64,000 nucleotides of DNA, from the NCBI GenBank assembly GCA_963833225.1, contig CAWHXD010000005.1, positions 96,001-160,000 of the forward strand, written 5' to 3'. Within the stretch, counting starts at the first letter, position 1. Every line of letters begins with the position of its first letter. This document shows, piece after piece, positions 50,940 to 60,731 of this stretch. This stretch comes from an uncultured Chloroflexia bacterium. GTDB taxonomy: Bacteria; Chloroflexota; Limnocylindria; Limnocylindrales; CSP1-4. The notes below the pieces were generated by a model, which saw only the letters and a list, made by a program, of their open reading frames with translations, was not told where the DNA came from and ran no database searches. The position numbers were made by a program, and so were the translations under genes.

Positions 50940-51992
50940 GTGGACGAGGTGATTGCGCGGCTGTTGGGGATCGTCGCCGAGCGCGGGGGCTCGGACCTCC
51001 TGTTCGCCCCCGGTGCCCCACCGACGGCCCGAATCCGCGGCTCGCTGGTGCGCCTCGACGAGGAGCACATGACCCCGGAGTCCACGTTGCGGCTGGCCCG
51101 TGCCCTGGCCGGCACGCGATGGGAGGAGCTTGAGGCCAGGCGCCAGCTGGACTTCAGCTTCTCGTATGGCGAGGTGGCCCGCGTTCGTGCGAACCTGTTC
51201 TACCAGCGCGGGACGCTGGCGGGGGCCCTGCGACTGATCCCGTACGTGATCCCCACGCTCGAGGCGCTGGGGGCGCCCGATGTGTGCGAGCCGCTCACCC
51301 GCCTGCCGCACGGCCTCGTGCTCGTCACCGGCCCCACCGGGTGCGGAAAGTCAACCACCCTGGCGTCCATGATCGACATGGTCAACCGGGAACGGGCCGC
51401 CCACATCATCACCATCGAGGATCCGATCGAGTACGTCCACCATCACCAGCGCTCGATGGTCATGCAGCGGGAGGTCGGGTCGGACGCCATCGACTTCGCC
51501 GGAGCGCTCCGGGCTGCCCTCCGTGAGAACCCCGACGTGATCCTCGTGGGCGAGATGCGCGACCTGGAGACGATCGCTGCCGCCCTGACGATGGCCGAGA
51601 CGGGTCACCTCGTGTTCGCGACCCTCCATACGAACGACACCGCCCAGGCGATCGACCGGATCGTCGATGTCTTCCCGCCCCAGCAGCAGCGGCAGGTCCA
51701 GACCCAGCTTGCGCTGACCCTGGCGGCCGTCCTTCACCAGCGCCTGCTGCCGCGCGCCGACGGAGAGGGCCGCGTGGCCGCATTCGAGGTGCTGCTGGGC
51801 ACGGCGGCGATCCGAAACCTCATCCGCGACGGCAAGTCGAACCAGCTGCGCAACGTCCTCGCGACCGGCGCCGCTGCCGGGATGCGCACGCTGGAGGCCG
51901 ATCTCCGCCGGCTTGTGGGAGAGGGGGCCATCTCCCGCGAGGTGGCCGTCGCGGCTTCGGTGCACCCCACGGAGCTCGCCGGGCTCGGCTGA
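50940..51992 (+). CDS. pilT: Type IV pilus retraction ATPase
   Basis: GSDL, TGPTGCGKSTT, TIEDPIE, QREVG, GEMRD, GHLVFATLH, AIRNLIRD. Confidence 0.94.
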   Translation: MDEVIARLLGIVAERGGSDLLFAPGAPPTARIRGSLVRLDEEHMTPESTLRLARALAGTRWEELEARRQLDFSFSYGEVARVRANLFYQRGTLAGALRLIPYVIPTLEALGAPDVCEPLTRLPHGLVLVTGPTGCGKSTTLASMIDMVNRERAAHIITIEDPIEYVHHHQRSMVMQREVGSDAIDFAGALRAALRENPDVILVGEMRDLETIAAALTMAETGHLVFATLHTNDTAQAIDRIVDVFPPQQQRQVQTQLALTLAAVLHQRLLPRADGEGRVAAFEVLLGTAAIRNLIRDGKSNQLRNVLATGAAAGMRTLEADLRRLVGEGAISREVAVAASVHPTELAGLG

Positions 51993-52003
51993 TACACGGA
52001 GAA

Positions 52004-52029
52004 GCGCCCCTCCCCGTGGGGAAGGGCGC
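52004..52029. terminator. Hairpin between convergent pilT and the pilin gene
   Basis: GCGCCCCTCCCC-GT-GGGGAAGGGCGC. Confidence 0.55.
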
Positions 52030-52087
52030 ATCGGGCACTGGAGCATCTGGTGGGCGGTCTCACCGCCCGCGGTGCGCGGTCAGCAGA

Positions 52088-52468
52088 CTAGCGACACCCG
52101 CCGGTTGTACCAGCTGTCACCAGTCCTGCGGCCGTCCACCGGTACGAGCCCTTGGTCGTGGTCTGGCGGAGGTAGTTGGGCGACAGCGGCTGGGCGCCGG
52201 TGCCCGTCGGCAGGGCGGAGAAGGTGTTCGTGTCGGTCGTCCGCGCGGCGACGGCGGTGATGTTGTTCTTGGCCATCATGGCGTCCATGGCCGTCTGCAC
52301 GGTCCGGAGCTCCTCGGCGCACGCGTTGGTCTTCGCGGTCCCGGTCAGGCCGACCAGGCTCGTGGTGACGACGGCCGCGAGGATTCCCAGGATCGTGACG
52401 ACCACGAGCAGCTCCACGAGTGTGAAGCCGCGGTTATCGCGGTGCGTCCGGGTGAGGAACCTCATCAT
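52088..52468 (-). CDS. pilA: Probable major type IV pilin
   Basis: RDNRG|FTLVELLVVVTILGILAAVV; AAGGAG RBS; own intergenic leader; two Cys. Confidence 0.85.
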   Translation of the reverse strand: MMRFLTRTHRDNRGFTLVELLVVVTILGILAAVVTTSLVGLTGTAKTNACAEELRTVQTAMDAMMAKNNITAVAARTTDTNTFSALPTGTGAQPLSPNYLRQTTTKGSYRWTAAGLVTAGTTGGCR

Positions 52469-52695
52469 GTTGCGACTGCTCCTTGCGATTCGTCGGTTGC
52501 GCCAGGGATCGGGAGACGCCGATCCGCGCTGCCGTTCGGCGGTGTGGTGCCTTGCGTGGCCAGCCCACGCTCCGGGCCTGTTCACATGGTCTGCGCCATC
52601 GCCCTGCCGCCCTACCGCCCGATGGTCCGGTTGACCGGGGTACTTGTGCGAGGGTGCGGTGTGGTCCCGTGGCGTCCAAGTCGCCCCTGGCACCG

Positions 52696-54225
52696 CTAGC
52701 GACTGGCCGACCAAGCCTCGAGCACGGGTGGACCCGACCCGGCGTCGGTATACGTCGCCGTTACCGTGGATGCGCCCGCCGTCGCGGTCACGGTGACGAT
52801 CCCGGGTGCGCTCTCCCCGGTGGCGATCTCGACCAGCAGCGCGTCCCAGTACGGGACGGGCTTGATATCGGACGCATAGCCAATACGCGCTCGCAGGGCG
52901 TTGACTTCGGCTTTCGTCCAGGCGCCACTCGCCGGGATGATCGCGGAGCGATAGAACAGCCTCGTCTCCGACATGTCACCGCTGTAGATCGTCCGTTCGG
53001 TGTCGCCGTCGACGATGGTGGTCGCCGCCCGGTCCCTTGCGGCCGCCTGGGCGTGGTACGCGACGAGCCCTGACACGCCCACGATGCACTTCTCGCTGGT
53101 GTCGGACAGCGTCAGCTCCAGGTAGCTTGTGGGGCCGGCGACGTCCTGCTGGACGAAGCCCGTCTCGCCGTCCATGGGGTCGTCGTCAAGCCGGCGGAAG
53201 GTATCGGGGTCGATCGCGGCCCCATCCTCGTGGTGGAACGAGGCCGGCGTGTCGCTGGTGCCCATGCCGTCAGGCCGCAGCGGCAGGACGGCGCCCTCCC
53301 CGATCGGATAGTCCGCCGAGGTCGCCGAGATCATGACGTCGTCGTAGTTTGCCGTGTACGTGTCGCCCTTCACGTTTGACCCAAGCCGGAGGTACCGGAC
53401 GCTGGTCGCGGCCCCATCTGCCGACACGTCGGTCTGGGCCACCCCGTCCACCTGCCACGAAGCCGTGCGCGGGTTGGTGGCGGCCGTGAGCTGCAGGTCG
53501 ATGCGGATCCAGGTGGCGGCGTCGATGGTGGAGGCAGCGACGACCGGGGTACGGTTGCCGAAGCGGAGCGTGAGGCTTCGCGTCGATGCCTGGTACCCGA
53601 GGCGAAGGTCGTTGCCCTTGGCGGCGTCGAGCACGATCAGCTCCCTGATGTCCTTCGCGGGCAGCGTGTCGAGGCGCAGGTAGACGCGGGCGACGATCAC
53701 CCCGCCGGCAGCCGGGAGGGCGACGTAGTCCTTCGAGTTCGCCGGATCGGCGATCTGCAGCGATCGACCGCCGCTCCGGAAGACGGACGCATCGGAGACC
53801 GAGTCGACCCCGCTGATCTTGGAGAACAGGCCACCGCCATCCTTCGATACCATGCCGGACTCGAAGCCCGTGATCAGGATCGGCGACCGCACCGCACACG
53901 ACGCCCCGCCATTGATCGACACCGTCGTCGACACGTTGGTGCCGTTCACGGTGATGTCGGGTGGGTTGCCAGACCGGCCATGGCGCTGCCACCAGATCCC
54001 GAGCTCCACGCCGGCGTCTGCGGCGTGCAGATCTCCGCCCTGGGCTTCATTGGCCGCGGTCGTCCGCAGGGCCACCGAGGCATGGGCGGCCATGGCGCTG
54101 GCGACGATGAACAGGAAGGTGATCAGCGTCAGCACGACCGGCAGTGACTGGCCGCCATCCTCGCGCGCGATCCGACCGAACAGCCGTGCGAGCACCTGGG
54201 CCGGGGATCGGCGATGCCTGTTCAC
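52696..54225 (-). CDS. Large PilX-like minor pilin/adhesin with a beta-sandwich domain
   Basis: EDGG|QSLPVVLTLITFLFIV (no Glu5), AADAGVE; lectin/LamG-like W.RIDL...WQVDG...YDDV. Confidence 0.7.
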   Translation of the reverse strand: MNRHRRSPAQVLARLFGRIAREDGGQSLPVVLTLITFLFIVASAMAAHASVALRTTAANEAQGGDLHAADAGVELGIWWQRHGRSGNPPDITVNGTNVSTTVSINGGASCAVRSPILITGFESGMVSKDGGGLFSKISGVDSVSDASVFRSGGRSLQIADPANSKDYVALPAAGGVIVARVYLRLDTLPAKDIRELIVLDAAKGNDLRLGYQASTRSLTLRFGNRTPVVAASTIDAATWIRIDLQLTAATNPRTASWQVDGVAQTDVSADGAATSVRYLRLGSNVKGDTYTANYDDVMISATSADYPIGEGAVLPLRPDGMGTSDTPASFHHEDGAAIDPDTFRRLDDDPMDGETGFVQQDVAGPTSYLELTLSDTSEKCIVGVSGLVAYHAQAAARDRAATTIVDGDTERTIYSGDMSETRLFYRSAIIPASGAWTKAEVNALRARIGYASDIKPVPYWDALLVEIATGESAPGIVTVTATAGASTVTATYTDAGSGPPVLEAWSASR

Positions 54226-54746
54226 CACAGCCTCGGCGCCCCGCGCAGCTTCTGGGAGACCGACTCTCCGGTGGCGCCGGACAGCGACAGCGTGACCTGG
54301 ATGGTCGGTCGCCCCGAGCCGTCCTGGGTCACGCGCCAGGAGCAGCTCGACACGTTGCGGGCCACCACGATCGTGCCACTCCCGCTGACCCGCTGGAGCC
54401 ACTGGGGGCCGGCCGGGCTGCCTGACACCGTCCGGTAGCGCACCGGAGCTCCGCCCTCGTCCAGCCCGAGATTGATCGGGGTATCGCACGAGGTGGCGCT
54501 CGCCTGGCCCCGCGCCGGGGCCGTTGCGGTGGCCATGGCCGCGTCGATGTCGAAGCGCATCGCGAACACGGCAAGGTCGCTCGCGAGCTCGGTGCGGTCG
54601 TCGGCGCGGACACGCAGGTCGTTGGTGGTGAAGATCGTCGATGTGACCGCGGTCATGATCATCGCGCCGATGAACGTGCCGACGAGCAGCTCGGGCAGGG
54701 TGAGGCCGGCCTCATCGCGGACGAGGCGGCGCAGGAACCCGGTCAT
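54222..54746 (-). CDS. Minor pilin (PilW-like)
   Basis: RDEAG|LTLPELLVGTFIGAMIM. Confidence 0.85.
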   Translation of the reverse strand: MTGFLRRLVRDEAGLTLPELLVGTFIGAMIMTAVTSTIFTTNDLRVRADDRTELASDLAVFAMRFDIDAAMATATAPARGQASATSCDTPINLGLDEGGAPVRYRTVSGSPAGPQWLQRVSGSGTIVVARNVSSCSWRVTQDGSGRPTIQVTLSLSGATGESVSQKLRGAPRLW

Positions 54747-55150
54747 CGTTCCGCCTTGGCGAACTCGAGGGTCGCCGACTTGGAGCCATCGATGCGGATC
54801 CCGAGCGTCACCATCTGGAGCCCGTTGGAGTTCGGCGTCGCGGACCAGGCCGAGGTGCCGTTCCACCATTTCACCGCCACGGTCCGGCTGTAGCCCGCGG
54901 GCAGCGGCTCGTCATACGCGCTGTAGTCGCCGTCCGCCTGGTAGGGGGCCGCGTTGATCCGCGCGGCCTGCGCGCGCGCGATCGCCTGGGCGATGCTCCG
55001 GTCCTCGGCGCCGCGGCTCGCGATCGCGAACGTGGACAGGCTGCCGACGAGGCCGATCAGCGCGATCCCGAGCAGGGCCGAGGCGACCAGCGTCTCGACC
55101 AGCGTGGAGCCGCGGTCGTCGGCATGCAGACGGCGGATCCGGGCGATCAT
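54743..55150 (-). CDS. Minor pilin (PilV-like)
   Basis: DDRG|STLVETLVASALLGIALIGLV. Confidence 0.85.
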   Translation of the reverse strand: MIARIRRLHADDRGSTLVETLVASALLGIALIGLVGSLSTFAIASRGAEDRSIAQAIARAQAARINAAPYQADGDYSAYDEPLPAGYSRTVAVKWWNGTSAWSATPNSNGLQMVTLGIRIDGSKSATLEFAKAER

Positions 55151-56268
55151 TTGACCTGCTGGAGAATGCTGTACATCGGGGTGATGACCGACAGGGCGAC
55201 GAAGCCCACGACCACAGCCACGCCGCCGATCAGCACCGGCTCGATGAGCGTGACCATCTGCTTGGTCTTGTACTCGAGGTCGCTGTCCATGAAGTCCGAG
55301 GCGAGGTCGAGGTAGGCATCGAGCGTCCCCGTCTCCTCGCCCACGCTGACCATCTGGATCAGCAGCGGGCTGAACAGCCGGGACGACCTGAGCGGTCCGG
55401 CGATGCCCTCGCCCGAGAGGAGCGCCTCGCGGACGGGGACGAGGCGCCGCACGTACTCGTCGTTGCCGGTGCCGACCGCGCTGATCTCGAAGGCCTGGGC
55501 GACCGGCACGCCAGCACGGAGCAGGATCCCGAGCATGCGCGTGAACCGCGACTCGATCCCGAGGCGGACCAGCTTGCCTACGACAGGCAGACGGAAGATC
55601 AGCCGATGACGCAGCCAGCGGACCCGTCGCGTGCCCCGGAGCATGAACGCGACAGCGACCGCGGCCAGGATGACCCCGGCGGTCTGGATCCCATAAGCGC
55701 CGCCAAACGAACCCAGCGCCATCATCAGCTGAGTTGGCAGGGGCAGCTCCGCGTCAAAGTCCGCGAACAGCGCGACAAACGACGGGAGCACGAAGGTGAT
55801 CAGGACCAGGACCACGACAACCGCGAGGCCCATGACGATCCCCGGGTAGAGCATCGCCTGGCGCACGCGCCGGGAGGTTGCGTCTGCCTGGTCCAGGTAC
55901 CGGGCCAGCTGGTCGAGGATCACGTCCAGCTCCCCCGTCGCCTCGGCCGCCACGACCATGTTGATGTACAGGCGCGGGAAGACGCGGGGATGCCGCGTCA
56001 GGGTCGTCGAGAGCGGATCGCCTTCCCGGAGGTGGGTGGCGATGTCGTCGAGGGTCCGCCGAAAGACCTTGGAGTCGGCCTGCTCGCGCACGACGCCGAT
56101 GCCATCGAGAATGGGGACGCCGGCACGAATGAAGGTGGCCATCATCCGGCTGAACAGCACCAGCTCGACCCGCTTGACCGAATCCAGGCCCGGGACGACC
56201 TGTGCCAGCCGGTCGTTGAGACGGGCGAGGCGGCCCGGTCCGCTGGCGATCGCGTCGATGGCGGCCAT
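55147..56268 (-). CDS. pilC: Type IV pilus platform protein (GspF/PilC)
   Basis: FSRMMATFIRAGVP, AEATGEL, AMLYP, LPLPT, VGEETG, LIEP. Confidence 0.93.
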   Translation of the reverse strand: MAAIDAIASGPGRLARLNDRLAQVVPGLDSVKRVELVLFSRMMATFIRAGVPILDGIGVVREQADSKVFRRTLDDIATHLREGDPLSTTLTRHPRVFPRLYINMVVAAEATGELDVILDQLARYLDQADATSRRVRQAMLYPGIVMGLAVVVVLVLITFVLPSFVALFADFDAELPLPTQLMMALGSFGGAYGIQTAGVILAAVAVAFMLRGTRRVRWLRHRLIFRLPVVGKLVRLGIESRFTRMLGILLRAGVPVAQAFEISAVGTGNDEYVRRLVPVREALLSGEGIAGPLRSSRLFSPLLIQMVSVGEETGTLDAYLDLASDFMDSDLEYKTKQMVTLIEPVLIGGVAVVVGFVALSVITPMYSILQQVK

Positions 56269-58043
56269 CAGGCGCTCACGCTGCGGACGGCTTCGTGCAC
56301 TGTCGTGATGCCGGCCGCTGCCTTGTGCAGCGCATCGATGCGCATGGGGACCAAGCCTTCCTTGAGAGCCAGGGCGAGGACGTCGTCGTAGTGGGCGTTG
56401 CCGGCAACCAGTCGGCGCACGTCGGGGGTGACCCGGAGCAGCTCGTAGGCGCCGATCCGGTCGAGGTAGCCGCTGCCGGCGCAATAGGTGCAGCCGCGGC
56501 CGATGAAGGCGATCTCGGGCGGCGTCAGCCCGGCGGCGACGTACAGCGCCTGCTCCTCTGCCGTCGGCTCGATCTCGATCCGGCAGTGGGAGCAGATGCG
56601 GCGCATCAGGCGCTGCCCGAACACGCCCGTCACGCTGGCCGACACGAGGAACGGCTCGATCCCCATCTCCAGCAGCCGGAACAGGGCGCTGACGGCGCCC
56701 GTCGCGTGCATCGAGGACAGGACGAGGTGGCCGGTCATCGAGGCCTGCGTCGCGATCTCCGCGGTCTCGCGGTCCCGGATCTCGCCCACCAGGATCACGT
56801 CCGGGTCCTGGCGCAGGATCGCCCGCAGCCCGGATGCGAAGGTCAGGCCGGCTGCTGCGTTGACTTGCGTCTGGTTGACGCGCTCGAAGGTGTACTCGAC
56901 CGGGTCCTCGATGGTGGTGACGTTGAGGGAGACGCGGTCAAGCTCGTTGATCGAGGCATACAGGGTCGTCGTCTTGCCGCTGCCCGTGGGCCCGGCCACC
57001 ACGACCATCCCATAGTGCGATCCGAGCAGGGTCTGGAACGCGGGCTGGACCTCGGTCGGCACCCCCAGCTGGGCCAGCCGCAGGACCGATCGGTCGCGAT
57101 CCAGCAGCCGCATCACGACCTTCTCGCCCCAGATGGTGCGCATCGTTGCGACCCGGATGTCCACCAGGCGCCCCTCGACGTCCATCGTGATCTGGCCATC
57201 CTGCGCCCGCTGCTTCTCGACGATGTTCAGCTCGGCGAGGATCTTGATCCGGCTGACCAGCCCCGGCGCAAGCTCCGCGGGCAGGTCGGCGACGTCCCGG
57301 AGGATCCCGTCAACGCGGGTCCGGATCCGCAGACCGGTCGCCTGGGGCTCGATGTGGAGGTCGCTTGCGTGGTCACGGAGGGCCTGCGAGACCAGCAGGT
57401 TGACGATCTGGACGACTGGGGCATCCGCGAGATCCTGCATGCCGGCGGTGGACATCGCCTTGCGGCCCACGTTCGGGACCGTGGTGGGGCGCGCAGTCGC
57501 GAAGGCCGACACCTGGGCCTGAAGGTCCCCGGTCACGCGATAGCGACGGTTGATCCCGTCGAGGATCTCCGACCGCAGGGCGAGATGCGCCTCGACCGGG
57601 CGCTCGGTCAGCGCCTCGAGCTCCTCGATGAGGGACTGGTTGCTGGGGTCGTCCGCGGCAACGACGAGCGGGCCCAGCTCCGGCCCCGGTGGGGTGAGCG
57701 GCAGGACCCACAATCGTCGCGCGTCGGACTCGGGCAGCATGGCCAGGGCCGCGTCGTCGCTCTGCTCCTCGCGCAGGTCCACGAGCGGCACGTCGAGCTG
57801 GACCGAGAGGACCGCCCCGAGGGCGACCTCGTCGAGCACGTTGTCCTCGCGCAGGATCTCCCCAAGTCGCTTACGCCGCTCGCCCTGCGCCGCAAGCGCG
57901 GCGGTCAGCTGAGCCTTGTCGATGAGGCCGGCCTGGAGGAGCATGTCCCCGAGGCGCGGCGCCCGCTGGGCACGGGAAGCGGATGAGGAAGCGGAAGCGG
58001 GTGCGTCCATCACGGCCGCGGTTGCCTCGGGGTTCATCATCAT
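56268..58043 (-). CDS. pilB: Type IV pilus assembly ATPase with an N-terminal MshEN domain
   Basis: RLGDML..RLGEIL; ASDLHIEP, GPTGSGKTTT, LRQDPD, CSHC/CTYC. Confidence 0.94.
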   Translation of the reverse strand: MMMNPEATAAVMDAPASASSSASRAQRAPRLGDMLLQAGLIDKAQLTAALAAQGERRKRLGEILREDNVLDEVALGAVLSVQLDVPLVDLREEQSDDAALAMLPESDARRLWVLPLTPPGPELGPLVVAADDPSNQSLIEELEALTERPVEAHLALRSEILDGINRRYRVTGDLQAQVSAFATARPTTVPNVGRKAMSTAGMQDLADAPVVQIVNLLVSQALRDHASDLHIEPQATGLRIRTRVDGILRDVADLPAELAPGLVSRIKILAELNIVEKQRAQDGQITMDVEGRLVDIRVATMRTIWGEKVVMRLLDRDRSVLRLAQLGVPTEVQPAFQTLLGSHYGMVVVAGPTGSGKTTTLYASINELDRVSLNVTTIEDPVEYTFERVNQTQVNAAAGLTFASGLRAILRQDPDVILVGEIRDRETAEIATQASMTGHLVLSSMHATGAVSALFRLLEMGIEPFLVSASVTGVFGQRLMRRICSHCRIEIEPTAEEQALYVAAGLTPPEIAFIGRGCTYCAGSGYLDRIGAYELLRVTPDVRRLVAGNAHYDDVLALALKEGLVPMRIDALHKAAAGITTVHEAVRSVSA

Positions 58044-58546
58044 GCGATCCCCGGCCACAGGAGCTGGGTGAGCTGGCGACCGGCGACGGCGGCCGTCATC
58101 GCTCCCAGCGCGAGCGCAGGTGCGAACGGCAGCGGATCGCGGCGTCCCAGCCGGCCAGCGGCGATCAGGAGGACACCGATCGTCGCGCCCGCCGCGAAGG
58201 CGACGAACCCGGCGACCAGCACGCCCGGCCAGCCGGTCATGAGCCCGATGAAGACAGCCAGCTTCGCGTCGCCCATGCCCATCCCGCCACCGGACACGAG
58301 GCCGATGCCCACGAACAGGGCCGCAGCCGCCGCGCCCGCCAGCACGAAGTCCCACCACGGTCGATCGGGACGCAGGAACGCGAGTCCCAGCGCGACCCCA
58401 ATGGCTGGGTAGACGGCGATGTTCGGGACGCGATGGCGGCGGGCGTCGTAGGCCGCGATCGCGATCAGGAACGCGGAATACGCGATGGCGACCGGGACCA
58501 TCCATCCGGGTGACGCCGACAGATCCTCGATCACGTGCTTGTCCAT
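58040..58546 (-). CDS. Short A24 prepilin peptidase
   Basis: AAYDARRHRVPN, GMGMGDAKL, LPFAPAL; no N-terminal CxxC methylase domain. Confidence 0.87.
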   Translation of the reverse strand: MDKHVIEDLSASPGWMVPVAIAYSAFLIAIAAYDARRHRVPNIAVYPAIGVALGLAFLRPDRPWWDFVLAGAAAAALFVGIGLVSGGGMGMGDAKLAVFIGLMTGWPGVLVAGFVAFAAGATIGVLLIAAGRLGRRDPLPFAPALALGAMTAAVAGRQLTQLLWPGIA

Positions 58547-58779
58547 CCCGAGGCCGGACCGGTGGGAGTTCCCATCGAATCCGGCGCTGCACTAGCCTGG
58601 CCGGGCGCGCAGTGCGGACCGGCGCGCTGCATGAAACGCACCCTCAAGGTAGGTAGGCGACTGGACCGGCGCCATGGTACGAACGTCGCCCCACCGCACC
58701 TGACCACTCCTGTCTGGTGCCGGATCGACGGACGGCAAGGGTCCTGAGCGGGACCCCGCGCGCTCCCGGGATCGCCGGG

Positions 58780-59829
58780 TCAGCCGGTCCGCGGAGACCT
58801 TGGCCGCGGCCCGAGCCCGATCATCGTGTACACCTCGTCGATCATCGCCATGGTCAGGACGGCGTCCTGGCTGTCGGTGGGCATCGGGATGCCATCGCGG
58901 ACGAACGCGGTGAACGCGTCCAGCTGGTATGTGTACGACGAGCGCGTCCCAAGGTGCTCGACCCGCTCCCCGTCGGCCGTGGTCACGACGATCCGGTCGT
59001 CGAGGTGGGGGAGGATGTAGTTGGGGATCACGGCCTCGCCACGGCTGCCGGTGATCCGATACGTCAGCTCGGACGCCGTGCCGGCCATGTTGCAGCGCGC
59101 CAGGCCGGTCGCACCCGAGGGGAAGACGAGGTCCGCGTCCACCCATTCATCGACACCCGGCAGGCCGGCCCGCTCCCCGCCGCGAGCCGCCACCACCGAT
59201 GGCGGGCCGCCCAGCCACGGTGCGAGCACCCGGTGGGCATGCAGGCTGTAGCAGCCGAGATCCATGAGCGCCCCACCGGCGAGCGGGTACGACCAGCGCA
59301 GGTTGTCCGGGTCGGGCGGCGGCGTGATCATCGTCACCTCGACGTGCCGGATCTCGCCCAGCTCCCCGGTGGCCACCAGCTCGTGGAGCCGCCTGGTGAC
59401 CGGGTGGTAGAGGTAGTGGAACCCGTCAACGACGACGAGACCGGCCCGGATCCCGGCATCCCGGACCTCGGCCGCCTCGTCGGCGTTGCTCGCGAACGGC
59501 TTCTCGGAGAGCACATGCTTGCCGGCCTCGATGGCCGCGAGGTTCCAGGGCGCATGGAACCCGTTTGGCAGCGGGTTGTAGACGGCCTCGACCTCCGGGT
59601 CGTTCACGACATCGGCGTAGGAGTCCAGGACCCGCTCCACGCCGTGGGTTCCGGCGAAGGCCTCGGCCCGGTCCCGACGGCGCGCCGCAACGGCGACCAG
59701 CCGGGCGCCCGTGACGTGAGCCGGCGTGACGATCGCGTTGTCCGCAATGGTCGCGGCACCCAGGACTCCGATCCGCAGGGGGTCTGCCACGCGGGATCCC
59801 GTGGCGGCGTCAAGCGATCCGGCAGACAT
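58780..59829 (-). CDS. Gfo/Idh/MocA oxidoreductase
   Basis: IGVLGAATIA, YNPLPNGFH, GKHVLSEKP, GGALMDLGCY. Confidence 0.92.
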   Translation of the reverse strand: MSAGSLDAATGSRVADPLRIGVLGAATIADNAIVTPAHVTGARLVAVAARRRDRAEAFAGTHGVERVLDSYADVVNDPEVEAVYNPLPNGFHAPWNLAAIEAGKHVLSEKPFASNADEAAEVRDAGIRAGLVVVDGFHYLYHPVTRRLHELVATGELGEIRHVEVTMITPPPDPDNLRWSYPLAGGALMDLGCYSLHAHRVLAPWLGGPPSVVAARGGERAGLPGVDEWVDADLVFPSGATGLARCNMAGTASELTYRITGSRGEAVIPNYILPHLDDRIVVTTADGERVEHLGTRSSYTYQLDAFTAFVRDGIPMPTDSQDAVLTMAMIDEVYTMIGLGPRPRSPRTG

Positions 59830-59957
59830 CGGCTCTCCTCTCGGGGCGGCCAGGGATGGTGGATCACGAGTGTAAAGGGGCTGGCGGCTCCTCCCGTCGC
59901 CCGGCGGGCGAACATCGACTACCCTCCGCTGGCCGCCCCACCCCACGAGGAGCTCCC

Positions 59958-60539
59958 TTGGCCGACGAGCACGCGCACCACCACACGCTCTCCTATGCCG
60001 ATGCCGTGACCGCGTTCCGGGCCGACAAGGACGCCTTCTTCAAGAACTCGCCCGGGAGCCCCATTCTCGCCGCGGACCGCGACGCGTTCAGCGGTCTTCC
60101 GTACTACCCGGTGGACGAGCGCATGGTGATCGATGACCTCGCCCTCCACCCCTACACCGGCAACGAGCCAGTCCGGTTCGAGATCCCTACCTCGGACGGC
60201 CGCCTCCGCCCCGCCGAGCGTGCCGGGGTGTTCCGGTTCGACATCGCGGGCGTCGAGCAATCGTTGACCGCCTACCGCTTTGCGAACAGCGAGAGCGAGA
60301 CGCTGTTCGTGCCGTTCCTGGACTCGACGAGCGGCAGCGAGACGTACGGCGCCGGGCGGTACCTCGACCTCGAGGCCCAGGACGACGGCACCTACTCGCT
60401 CGACTTCAACCTCGCCTACCACCCGTCATGCGTGTACGACCCTCGGTTCTCCTGTCCGCTCACGCCCACGGAGAACCGGCTGACCGTCAGGGTTGAGGCC
60501 GGCGAACGCCTCGCAGTCGGGTCCAACGCGGCCCACTGA
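59958..60539 (+). CDS. DUF1684-family protein
   Basis: LFVPFLDSTSGSETYGAGRYL, LDFNLAYHPSCVY..FSCP; TTG start after GAGGAG. Confidence 0.9.
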   Translation: MADEHAHHHTLSYADAVTAFRADKDAFFKNSPGSPILAADRDAFSGLPYYPVDERMVIDDLALHPYTGNEPVRFEIPTSDGRLRPAERAGVFRFDIAGVEQSLTAYRFANSESETLFVPFLDSTSGSETYGAGRYLDLEAQDDGTYSLDFNLAYHPSCVYDPRFSCPLTPTENRLTVRVEAGERLAVGSNAAH

Positions 60540-60731
60540 CCCGCCGGGTGCCGGCTGGAGGGCGTGTGATCTTGGCCACAGCCGTCGCTGAGCGCGTTGA
60601 CTAGGCTGCTGGGAGAGATGGTGGCAGCAGGCGATGAGCTGGTTGGCGCGGGAGCCTTCGCGCCCGAACCCGCAACCGGGCGTCGCCGTGAGTCGCGGAG
60701 CATCCGCGACGTCCACCGCCAAGGGAGCACC

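Noticed and set aside
52469-52580. c-di-GMP-II riboswitch suggested by GCGCAACCGAC on the minus strand
   Set aside because: The GGGCAC pseudoknot partner and kink-turn elements are not found, so it is not called as a feature.
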